Shown here: positions 26,142 through 37,649 of the stretch, one piece after another
How the letters are laid out: each line of letters starts with the position of its first letter
Position numbering within the stretch: the first letter of the stretch is position 1
DNA from: Eledone cirrhosa
Lineage: Eukaryota
Length of the DNA: 64,000 bases
NCBI GenBank assembly: GCA_964016885.1
Contig: OZ024742.1
Span: 289,478,001-289,542,000, forward strand
Direction of reading: 5' to 3'
Made by a program: the position numbers and the translations under genes
The notes under the pieces: model-generated
Database searches by the model: none
Seen by the model: the letters and a program-made list of their open reading frames with translations, nothing else
Told to the model about the DNA's origin: nothing

Positions 26142-28133
26142 ATGATGATGTGGACTGACATCCTAAAGCCAAGCAGACGCACTGCCAACAACTTCCAGGC
26201 GTCTAACAATGGCATGCCACCCTTGTATGGGCTCCGCAAAGACCACAAGACAGTCGACGACCCGACAACAGGACCACCAACAAGACCCGTATGCGGAGCT
26301 AATATAGCTAGCAACTACAGGATCTCCTACTTCCTCTCAATGGTTATACGCCCCATAATCAAGATGTCCCCAGATGTATGTGAAAGTACAGAGGACCTCC
26401 TCAGCAGAATCAGTGAGTGCAACAAAAACAGGAGCCTATCCAACTGCATAATAGGCAGCATGGATGTGGTGTCACTGTACCCATCCATTAACATTGATTT
26501 TGCTGTGAAAAGATGTGTGGAGATGATCATTGAGAGTGAGGTGGAGTTCTGCGACGTCGACACAGACGAACTGGGCCTCCTACTTAGACTTACCTACGAC
26601 ACTGACTACCTAGACAGCCATGACCTTAGATGTTTCTGCCCTAGTAGACCTATAAGAGGTAGACCCCCCACCATAACCTCAATGGCTAAAAAGACTCCCA
26701 TAGGAAGGTGGATTGGGTGGACCAAAGCTATACGGACCCCCCAAAACACTGATCAGGTAAGAAAAATGGTCGCACATGCAATAGGGGCTAGTATCAAAAC
26801 TACCCTAAAGGGCCACATATTTAAGTTCAATGAGAAAATCTACACCCAAAATGAGGGAGCAGCCATCGGCGTCAGCATAGCTGGTGATGTTGCCAACCTT
26901 TTCATGGTATGGTGGGAAAGGAGACTTAAAGATCTCCTTAATGAAAGCTCCATAGACCTCATCATGTACTCTCGTTATGTAGACGATATCAATATAGTTA
27001 TAAGAACACCCCCACTAGAGAGCACTAACAAGTTTGATTTAGAACGTAGCACGATGGAAAGCATCCAGCAGATAGCTAATTCCATACACCAGAGTATAAC
27101 TGTAACTATAGACTTCCCTTCCAAACACCCTAACAATAGACTACCTGTATTAGACACAGAACTCTGGATTAACACTATAGACGAGAGAGCCCAAATTCTC
27201 CACTCACACTATGCTAAACCCATGGCCTCCAAATACCTGATACTCAAAAACTCAGCAATGTCCAGTAGTGCTAAGTTTAATATTCTGATCGCAGATTTGG
27301 TACGAGTGATGAAGAATGTGTCCAGCATGTGCGACCCAACAGAAATGGAAGGACACATCCAACACTTCATCAACCGCATGCAGTTCTCTGGCTACAACCA
27401 AAGAGACAGAGTCAGAGTATACGAAGGAGCCATGGAAAAGTATAAGACCCTCATAGAACTGGACATGAAAGGAATTTGCCCACTATACAGGAGCAAATCA
27501 TGGAATAGCTTAGATAGGGCTAGACATAAGATAGGGAAGGCCACATCATGGTACGACAACCAGAGATATCAGAGTGTCATGTTTGTGGACGCCACCCCTG
27601 GAGGGAAATTAGCTAACCAGTGTAGAAAGGCCCTGAGAAAGACCCACTTAAAAATAAAGGTGGTAGAAAAGCCAGGAACCACCATAAAATCCCTGATCAG
27701 CAAAACCTACCCTTTTAAGAAAACCCACTGTACCAATAGGAAATGTATCATATGTAAGGTGAACCCCCGGATAAACTGTAAAACTAGAAACGTAGTCTAT
27801 AGCATAAGATGTACAGAGGGTACTTGCAGAAACACGACAACAACATACATAGGTGAGACAGCTCGTAGCATAGGTGAAAGGATAGACCAACACTGGGGGG
27901 AACTAAAAGGACGAAAAAACGGGTCAGTACTATACGAACATGCTAGACAACAACATGACGGTAACATAGACGACATAGAAATTAGAATAATATCTAAACA
28001 TAGGAATGACCCAGCAGATAGGCAAATCAGAGAGGCCAGTGAAATAGAAATTAGAAGACCAAAGCTAAACAGAAAGAATGAGTGGCACAACAACAACACC
28101 CAAACAAACAACACTGACCTAAGAGAAGTATAA
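26142..28133 (+). CDS. PLE reverse transcriptase + Cys-rich linker + GIY-YIG endonuclease (intact frame, N-terminus truncated)
   Basis: PPLYGLRKDHK, PTRPV, SMDVVSLYPSI, GAAIG, RYVDD, LPVLD, VVYSIRC...YIGETAR...H...H...R..EA..I.....LN. Confidence 0.92.
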   Translation: MMMWTDILKPSRRTANNFQASNNGMPPLYGLRKDHKTVDDPTTGPPTRPVCGANIASNYRISYFLSMVIRPIIKMSPDVCESTEDLLSRISECNKNRSLSNCIIGSMDVVSLYPSINIDFAVKRCVEMIIESEVEFCDVDTDELGLLLRLTYDTDYLDSHDLRCFCPSRPIRGRPPTITSMAKKTPIGRWIGWTKAIRTPQNTDQVRKMVAHAIGASIKTTLKGHIFKFNEKIYTQNEGAAIGVSIAGDVANLFMVWWERRLKDLLNESSIDLIMYSRYVDDINIVIRTPPLESTNKFDLERSTMESIQQIANSIHQSITVTIDFPSKHPNNRLPVLDTELWINTIDERAQILHSHYAKPMASKYLILKNSAMSSSAKFNILIADLVRVMKNVSSMCDPTEMEGHIQHFINRMQFSGYNQRDRVRVYEGAMEKYKTLIELDMKGICPLYRSKSWNSLDRARHKIGKATSWYDNQRYQSVMFVDATPGGKLANQCRKALRKTHLKIKVVEKPGTTIKSLISKTYPFKKTHCTNRKCIICKVNPRINCKTRNVVYSIRCTEGTCRNTTTTYIGETARSIGERIDQHWGELKGRKNGSVLYEHARQQHDGNIDDIEIRIISKHRNDPADRQIREASEIEIRRPKLNRKNEWHNNNTQTNNTDLREV

Positions 28134-28401
28134 ATAAATAAGTAAATTAAATAAAATAAAATAAGATAAATAAATACATACACAAGCACATAAACACACA
28201 CTAGTCACCCAGCAGACACAACACTATACACACTAGTCACACATCACACATAACACTATACACACACGCAAACGCATGCGCAAAGAAGACAAAATAAAAT
28301 AAGATAAACAAACAAGCAAATAAATAAATAAATATATAGACAGACTGAACAAAAAAAAATGGCGTAGACATACAACACAACAGGAGGAACAATGAATATA
28401 A

Positions 28402-28445
28402 CACCACTGACGATGTTGCAGATGTGCAACGAAAGATTTATGTAA
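28402..28445 (+). ncRNA. Hammerhead-ribozyme-like motif in the PLE 3' region (copies at 33867-33910 and 60131-60176)
   Basis: CTGACGA-T-GTTGCA-gatg-TGCAAC-GAAA-GATT-TA; stem I is only 2 bp, so activity is uncertain. Confidence 0.6.
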
Positions 28446-28656
28446 ATTATGTAAACTATATATATATGTGTTTGTCTATATTGTATCTGTATTATTTTTG
28501 ACCGCCGGTCAGTCAATGGCAACATTGAGGACCGAGTAAGTTAGATCGCAGATATATATATATAAAAGACAGCGAGAAGCGAAAACCAACCAAACAGTGA
28601 GTGTGTTCTGTTATTAATTCTGGCAATATTACGCAAATATGACCCTCCCCAAATAT

Positions 28657-28706
<50 letters not shown>

Positions 28707-28754
28707 ATATATATACACACACATATATATATATACACATATATATATATACAC

Positions 28755-28791
<37 letters not shown>

Positions 28792-28801
28792 ACATAAGAT
28801 A

Positions 28802-28925
28802 ATTATTTCATTTACCAGTGGTTTCTTGAAAGCAAATAAATCTGCTTTCAGTCGTCAGAATGAAAAAATCGTGGTGTTTTTATTGAATGTGGATTATTTG
28901 CTTTCAAGAAGCCACTGGTAAATGA

Positions 28926-28931
<6 letters not shown>
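28802..28931. mobile_element. 130-bp MITE-like foldback
   Basis: 38-bp inverted repeats ATTATTTCATTTACCAGTGG(T/C)TTCTTGAAAGCAAATAA with one mismatch, between TA arrays. Confidence 0.75.
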
Positions 28932-29022
<91 letters not shown>

Positions 29023-29179
29023 TATATATATACATATATAAGTAGAAGGGGTATTTAATTTGTTGGAAGTCCGACAAATATAAATGTTTCTAACTGATTT
29101 AAAGCACTCAACAGTTTCCTGGAGTAAATATACAATGATATTAAATAAATGGAAACTATATTTCTAAAACCATATTTAT

Positions 29180-29838
29180 TTTTATACTCTGGGAGGGTCA
29201 TGTTGCCAATAAGAAACACACGCACCAGTTGCTTTCACTCCAATTTATTATAAATTAAATTATAAATTTAAAAATTTATAAATTTCCAGTTGGTTGGTTG
29301 GTTGGTTGGTTGGTTCCACAACCGGACGGTTGTTCATATATTGTCAAAGTTCTTTCGTCACACATTCTGTGACCTCTTCAGTGACTGGGGATTCCTTTCT
29401 TTGTTTTGTGCCTCTCCTTTGTTCTGTCCTATGCCATCTTGTTTTCGTGTGTGTTGTGTGCTTAGTTTGCACATGTGTTACATCTGGGTGTCTGTGTGTG
29501 TTTTTATTTGTTTATTTATTTGTTTATTTATATGTTACTGGTTGGTTGTTTGTTCTATGTGTGTGTATTTTCATTTTGTCCTTAATTGTAAGTTGTGATG
29601 TTGCTATTCCATTCATGTTTTCTATTTAATTTTGGTTGGAGTTCATTTATGTTTATTGCCTCTGTGATTTGTCTAAACATTGCGTCTTTTCTGTGTGTAG
29701 ATTTTATTTTTATTTCTATGTTCTCTAATTTGCCCTTATGTTCTATTTTAGCATGTTGGTGGAGTACAGATGATTCTTGACTATTTTGAAGCTCTCGCCA
29801 GTGTTCATTTAATCGTTTTCCTATACTACGAGCTGTCT
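29180..29838 (-). mobile_element. Second PLE family, 3' fragment (GIY-YIG C-terminus + 3' region)
   Basis: TARSIGKRLNEHW...HQHA...FRQITEAININELQPKLNRKHEW aligns with the end of the 26142 ORF; terminus catgaccctcccagagtataa. Confidence 0.88.
29343..29385 (-). ncRNA. Minimal type-I hammerhead ribozyme motif
   Basis: GTCA-CTGAAGA-G-GTCACA-gaatg-TGTGAC-GAAA-GAAC-TT-TGAC: 4-bp stem I, intact core, 6-bp stem II, vestigial stem III. Confidence 0.72.
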
Positions 29839-29897
29839 TCATATCTTTGATTGCCTTACTTATTATACTACTATATATATATATATACATATATATA

Positions 29898-30409
29898 CAT
29901 CATCATCATCATCATCATCACCGTTTTACGTCCGTTCTTCCACGCTAGCATGGGTTAGACGGGTTGTCCTGTTGTGTGCAGTGTCTGGTCGGCTGACCAT
30001 GCCTTGCTCATACAGGAACTGATCTGGCTTGATTTCTACAGCTGGATGCCCTTCCTAACACCAACCTCATTTACAGTGAGTGCTGGGTGCTTTTTCGTGG
30101 CGCCTACACGTCCACTTTACAGTGTGGGCTGGGTGCTTTTTTGCCGTGGCACCTCCACGACCACCTTGCGGTGGGGGGTGTGGGGGCATATTGTTTATAT
30201 GCTTCAGCATGTACCCATGGGAGGTCGGGTACTCTGTATTACTGCGTGACGCCAGAAGTCACGGTCATGTGTCATTGTCTTTGAGAGGTGTAATTGGGTA
30301 AGGTCGGCTTTTATCACCTCATCCCAGGTCATCTTGGGTCTCCCCACTCCGCGGTTTCCATCAACTTCTAGTGCTCTGCACCTTTTTATGCAGCTGTCAT
30401 CCTTCTGTC
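29898..30409 (-). mobile_element. 5'-truncated RTE of a related family
   Basis: (CAT)n tail, UTR resembling 17226-17413, and C-terminal codons (…[15 protein letters not shown]…). Confidence 0.8.
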
Positions 30410-30460
30410 ATACATATATATATATATACATACATACATATATATATATATATACATACA

Positions 30461-30496
<36 letters not shown>

Positions 30497-30538
30497 TATA
30501 CATACATACATACATACATACATACATACATACATACA

Positions 30539-30574
<36 letters not shown>

Positions 30575-30583
30575 TATATATAC

Positions 30584-30626
<43 letters not shown>

Positions 30627-30627
30627 C

Positions 30628-30662
<35 letters not shown>

Positions 30663-30685
30663 CATACATATATTTATACATACAT

Positions 30686-30729
<44 letters not shown>

Positions 30730-30731
<2 letters not shown>

Positions 30732-31046
30732 AAGGCGGGTAAAATTCCCGAGATCCATGGACGAGTTCTCTCCAGCGGTCTCTGTCCCTCATTATCGCTG
30801 CCATATCCTGCATCTCCAACAGACCAGTGTCTGTCCTTAGGGCATCAACATATGTTAACCTTGGTCTTCCTCTTCTAGTGTGGATGGGTGCTACACGAGA
30901 ATGCTGAGGATGGCTCTGAACATTAATCAGTATACACTGAGGATGAAAAACTCAGAGCTGTATGGGAGCATCCCAAAAGTCAGCTCAAAAGTGACACAGA
31001 GGAGACTGAGGTTAGCTGGACATGCTCACCGACATCCAGAGTTGAC
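30730..31046 (-). mobile_element. Short LINE 3' end with a 5' inversion
   Basis: 30730-30878(-) encodes [19 protein letters not shown]...RDRDRWRE...*; 30879-31046(+) encodes the upstream [13 protein letters not shown]...[15 protein letters not shown]. Confidence 0.85.
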
Positions 31047-31176
31047 ATATATATATATATACATATATATACATACATATATATATATATACATACATAT
31101 ATACATACATATACATACATATATATATACATATATATACATACATATATATATACATACATATACATATACATAC

Positions 31177-31217
<41 letters not shown>

Positions 31218-31226
31218 TATACATAC

Positions 31227-31271
<45 letters not shown>

Positions 31272-31322
31272 TATACATACATCATTCATCATTATATATA
31301 TATATACATATATATACATACA

Positions 31323-31379
<57 letters not shown>

Positions 31380-31390
31380 CATACATATAC

Positions 31391-31421
<31 letters not shown>

Positions 31422-31577
31422 CATACATATACATATATATATATATACATACATATCATACATATATAAATATACATACATACATATACATATATAAATA
31501 TACATACATACATATACATATATATATATACATACATATACATATATAAATATACATACATATACACATATATATAT

Positions 31578-31608
<31 letters not shown>

Positions 31609-31679
31609 CATACATATATATATATATATACATATATATGTATATATATATATATACATACATATATATATATAAATAT

Positions 31680-31746
<67 letters not shown>

Positions 31747-31758
31747 CATATACATACA

Positions 31759-34109
31759 TGACGACCCGACAACAGGACCACCAATAAGACCCGTATGCGG
31801 AGCTAATATAGCTAGCAACTACAGGATCTCTTACTTCCTCTCAATGGTTATACGCCCCATAATCAAGATGTCCCCAGATGTATGTGACAGTACAGAGGAC
31901 CTCCTCAGCAGAATCAGTGAGTGCAACAAAAACAGGAGCCTATCCAACTGCATAATAGGCAGCATGGATGTGGTGTCACTGTACCCATCCATTAACATTG
32001 ATTTTGCTGTGAAAAGATGTGTGGAGATGATCATTGAGAGTGAGGTGGAGTTCTGCGACGTCGACACAGACGAACTGGGCCTCCTACTTAGACTTACCTA
32101 CGACACTGACTACCTAGACAGGCATGACCTTAGATGTTTCTGCCCTAGTAGACCTATAAGAGGTAGACCCCCCACCATAACCTCAATGGCAAAAAAGACT
32201 CCCATGGGAAGGTGGATTGGGTGGACCAAAGCTATACGAACCCCCCAAAACAATGATCAGGTAAGAAAAATGGTTGCACATGCAATAGGGGTTAGTATCA
32301 AAACTACCCTAAAGGGCCACATATTTAAGTTCAACGAGAAAATCTACACCCAAAATGAGGGAGCAGCCATCGGCGTCAGCATAGCTGGTGATGTTGCCAA
32401 CCTTTTCATGGTATGGTGGGAAAGGAGACTTAAAGATCTCCTTAATGAAAGCTCCATAGACCTCATCATGTACTCTCGTTATGTAGACGATATCAATATA
32501 GTTATAAGAACACCCCCACTAGAGAGCACTAACAAGTTTGATTTAGAACGTAGCACGATGGAAAGCATCCAGCAGATAGCTAATTCCATACACCAGAGTA
32601 TAACTGTAACTATAGACTTCCCTTCCAAACACCCTAACAATAGACTACCTGTATTAGACACAGAACTCTGGATTAACACTATAGACGAGAGAGCCCAAAT
32701 TCTCCACTCACACTATGCTAAACCCATGGCCTCCAAATACCTGATACTCAAAAACTCAGCAATGTCCAGTAGTGCTAAGTTTAATATTCTGATCGCAGAT
32801 TTGGTACGAGTGATGAAGAATGTGTCCAGCATGTGCGACCAAACAGAAATGGAAAGACACACCCAACACTTCATCAACCGCATGCAGTTCTCTGGCTACA
32901 ACCAAAGAGACAGAGTCAGAGTATACGAAGGAGCCATGGAAAAGTCTAAGACCCTCATAGAACTGGACATGAAAGGAATTTGCCCACTATACAGGAGCAA
33001 ATCATGGAATAGCTTAGATAGGGCTAGACATAAGATAGGGAAAGCCACCTCATGGTACGACAACCAGAGATATCAGAGTGTCATGTTTGTGGATGCCACC
33101 CCTGGAGGGAAATTAGCTAACCAGTGTAGAAAGGCCCTGAGAAAGACCCACTTAAAAATAAAGGTGGTAGAAAAGCCAGGAACCACCATAAAATCCCTGA
33201 TAAGCAAAACCTACCCTTTTAAGAAAACCCACTGTACCAATAGGAAATGTATCATATGTAAGGTGAACCCCCGGATAAACTGTAAAACTAGAAACGTAGT
33301 CTATAGTATAAGATGTACAGAGGGTACTTGCAGAAACATGACAACAACATACATAGGTGAGACAGCTCGTAGCATAGGTGAAAGGATAGACCAACACTGG
33401 GGGAAACTAAAAGACGAAAAAACGGGTCAGTACTATACGAACATGTTATACAACAACATGACGGTAACATAGACAACATAGAAATTAGAATAATATCTAA
33501 ACATAGAAATGACCCAGCAGATAGGCAAATCAGAGAGGCCACTGAAATAGAAATTAGAAGACCAAAGCTAAACAGAAAGAATGAATGGAATAACAACAAC
33601 ACCTAAACAAACAACACTGACATAAGAGAAGTATAAATAAGTAAATAAAATAAGATAAATAAATACATACACAAGCACAATAACAACAAGCACATAAACA
33701 CACACTAGTCACCCATCACACAGCAAACATAACACTATACACACACGCAAACGCATGTGCAAAGAAGACAAAATAAAATAAACAAACAAGCAAATAAATA
33801 AATAAATATATAGACAGACTGAATAAAAATGGCGTAGACATACAACACAACAGGAGGAAAATATAACACCACTGACGATGTTGCAGATGTGCAACGAAAG
33901 ATTTATGATAAACTATATATATGTGTTTGTGTCTATATTGTATCTGTATTATTTTTGACCGTCGGTCAGTCAATGGCAACATTGAGGACCGAGTAAGTTA
34001 GATTACCGATATAAAAGACAGCGAGAAGCGAAAACCAACCAAACAGTGAGTGTGTTCTGTTATTAATTCTGGCAATATTACACAAATATGACCCTCCCCA
34101 AGTATAACA
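31759..34109 (+). mobile_element. Second copy of PLE family 1, 5'-truncated, frameshifted in the endonuclease near 33410
   Basis: ORF 31844..33472 is nearly identical to 26142..28133; same 3' terminus. Confidence 0.93.
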
Positions 34110-34118
34110 ACATACATA

Positions 34119-34152
<34 letters not shown>

Positions 34153-34160
34153 CATACATA

Positions 34161-34264
<104 letters not shown>

Positions 34265-34269
34265 CATAC

Positions 34270-34354
<85 letters not shown>

Positions 34355-35126
34355 CATACATATATATACATATACATATACATACATATATATATATATA
34401 TATATAGACGCGATCTCACCCTGCCTCGTTAATGTCCTATCGACACCAAAGTTCAACGTTCGGGCGAATAGAATTGAATCCAACCACCAACAACATAGCT
34501 GGATGACCGATAATCACACCAAACCGGAGTACTGTGATCCTTGTGATTTCCAGATATACAACCACTGACACTGTTACGAAGACCAGAAAACCATACTCCA
34601 TAATATTGAACCAAGTGATTGATTTCTGCGACCAAAATAACACCACACACTTATTGAACTAGGAATATTGGATCCTCCGTCAATGTCTGGGTGAGCAAAA
34701 ATAGATTTCTATCTGCATTGGAATTTACCAACTTGTGCATCTGCTGTGGTGTCAAAAACAAACGCGCATGACCGCACAGATAAACAATGGACCACGCCAC
34801 GTGGCTTGAACCCGTAAGTGAATTGAAGGTTCTGCAACTCTGATACACAGATTATTTATTATTAAGATGTATAAACTTGACATAACTATTATCATCTTAT
34901 ATTCTCTCAACTAATCACACTTGATCATATTTCTCTATCCCGTTTTCTCCTCCCATAATTATTATATTTTTATTATTATTTGAAAAAAAATCGGCTTTTT
35001 TACATTGTTTTCCCCTCCAAATATTCGCTTATATTTCTTTATATATTCTCTATATATTTTTTTATCTTTATTATTTCCACTTTTATCCTCCTTTATATTT
35101 TACCTTATTCTTACTTTTATACCTTA

Positions 35127-36704
35127 CTAGCAGTAAAGCCCGGCGTTGCTCGGGGTCGCTCAGTAGCTGTGTTAAAGTTACAATGTTAAGTTTCTTTTTT
35201 GGCTTAAAAACTGTAGTGTCTACTGTGCAGACTTGCATGTGGTGTTTTTGATTAATATTCCCTCAACCAACAATATGCCTTATGAAGTTAAGAAAACATA
35301 ACGATAACCCGAATGTTATAACAAAAGAGGATGCTGGGGATAAAAACTGCACTGGTTATTTATTAACAAAGATCGAAAATGTAAACACTGCAACGCAGAG
35401 AAAAACAACGTAAGACGCTCAATGTAAACAGAAAAAAGGGAAATAACTCGTCACTTACGCTCAAAAATCGATACATTAGATTCGATTTCGTCACATAGGG
35501 TGGGTCAATTTGAAATATTTTTTTTCCGATGTCTTCGCTAGGGCTCAATGTACAAGTATAGCAATTTCGGTGCAATTCCGTCAGAGATTCTAAGAGGAGA
35601 GGTGTGCCAAAAATCGATAGACAGACAGACAACCACAGCTTTATATATATACTAGCAGTAAAGCCCGGCGTTGCTCGGGGTCGCTCATTAGCTGTGTTAA
35701 AGTTACAATGTTAAGTTTCTTTTTTGGCTTAAAAACTGTAGTGTCTACTGTGCAGACTTGCATGTGGTGTTTTTGATTAATATTCCCTCAACCAACAATA
35801 TACCTTATGAAGTTAAGAAAACATAACGATAACCCGAATGTTATAACAAAAGAGGATGCTGGGGATAAAAACTGCACTGGTTATTTATTAACAAAGATCG
35901 AAAATGTAAACACTGCAACGCAGAGAAAAACATTAGCGTAACCAAGTTATCAGTTATGTCTGTCTGCACGCCTATATCACCTCTCTGCACGACTGTCTGT
36001 CTGCACGCCTATATCACCTCTCTGCACGACTGTCTGTCTGCACGCCTATGTCACCACTCTGCACGACTGTCTGTCTGCACGACCGTCTGTCTGCACGCCT
36101 AACGAAATTTACAGATACATATATTTTAAATAAACTTATATAATTTTTGCTTTTTTTTACGAAATATTTGCTTGTTTTACGTAGTCTTTAAATAGACTTG
36201 TTTTCAAGTAAAAATATTGTTTTAAAAGGCTTTTAAATGGAAATGAAGCAAAACGGAAGCTTAGTGTTCGAACATGTATTGTGTTAATGTCATTTTAAAC
36301 GCTGAGAAAGCCAGCGTAATTTTTTACGTAAGACGCTCAATGTAAACAGAACAAAGGGAAATAACTGATCACTTACGCTCAAAAATCGATACATTATATT
36401 CGATTTCGTCAGATAGGGCGGGTCAATTTGAAATATTTTTTTTCCGATGTCTTCGCTAGGGCTCAATGTACAAGTATAGCAATTTCGGTGCAATTCCGTG
36501 AGAGATTCTAAGAGGAGATGTGTGCCAAAAATCGATAGACAGACAGACAACCTCAGTTTTATATATATAGATAGATGTAAACACTGCAACGCAGAGAAAA
36601 ACAACGTAAGACGCTCAATGTAAACAGAACAAAGGGAAATAACTCGTCACTTACGCTCAAAAATCGATACATTAGATTCGATTTCATCACATAGGGTGGG
36701 TCAA
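35127..36704 (-). mobile_element. Minus-strand tandem of the same non-autonomous Helitron (two units plus a fragment)
   Basis: CTAG+hairpin ends at 35127 and 35652; TC start near 36575. Fragment 36576-36704 repeats the deletion junction seen in unit 35127-35651. Confidence 0.88.
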
Positions 36705-36860
36705 TCTATATATATAAAACTGAGGTTGTCTGTCTGTCTACTAAAACCTTCGGCACACATCTCCTCTTAAACCGTACGTTCAAATTTCGGTGAAATTGCT
36801 ACACTTATAGATGAAGGTCCGGTGGAACCATCGGTCAAATAAATTTTCAAATAAGTTCTT
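36705..36860 (+). mobile_element. 5' end of a diverged Helitron subfamily
   Basis: A|TCTATATATATAAAACTGAGGTTGTCTGTCTGTCTA...GGCACACATCTCCTCTTA, then diverges. Confidence 0.65.
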
Positions 36861-36970
36861 GTTTTTGATTATATAGATTATGGTGTAATCTTGTTTTTGA
36901 TTATATAGATTATAGTGTAATCTTCCCCATGCCTTATTATACACTATTAATTATAGAATTATTATTATTA

Positions 36971-37088
36971 TCTGAGTTCAAATCCCGCCGAGGTTAACTT
37001 TGCCTTTCATCCTTACGGGGTCGATACAATAAAGTACCAGTAATGTACTGGGTATTTGCTGGCCTTGTGCCTAAAGTAGAAACAATTA
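36971..37088 (+). mobile_element. SINE fragment (B box + central domain)
   Basis: gagttcaaatccc...aactttgcctttcatccttacggggtcgata...ggccttgtgcctaaa; a related 3' piece lies at about 12952-13040. Confidence 0.65.
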
Positions 37089-37649
37089 ATTATAGATTAT
37101 TATTATTATTACTCTTTTTCCATTTCTAATTACCTCATGTACTTTCTCCTCCGCTATATATATATATATATTGTATGCCCTTTGTGTTTGTGTAGCCTAT
37201 GCACACCCTCTGCACCCTACTATCGACGCCACCCCATCTATGGTTCAGCTAACCACCCGACTCCCGGGAATGAATATGACCGCAGCTAGTAAACAAGGGC
37301 CCACACCCCACCCTCCCGCACCAAAATTAGACTTATCGTCCCCTACTTTTGCTCTTTACTCTCTTTACTCTTTGTTCTTGAATGTTTGGTCGGTAGAGTC
37401 CATAACACCAATCAAACCCCTTTTATAGCTGTGACGAATCCTACGGTTACGTAAGGAAGAAACTGTAAGCCAATAAAAATCTTTTGATGTTGTAGACGCT
37501 CTTGTGTTCTTTTTCATATATGTATATACATATACATACATATATATATACATGTATATACATATATATATATATATATATACATATATATCATCATATA
37601 TATATATATACATATACATACATATATATATATATATACATATATATAT

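Larger units (their letters stand above)
26040..28660 (+). mobile_element. Penelope-like retroelement, 5'-truncated (C-terminal endonuclease, Neptune-like)
   Basis: RT + GIY-YIG ORF followed by about 520 bp of 3' region with a hammerhead-like motif; ends atgaccctccccaaatataac|(AT)n. Confidence 0.93.
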
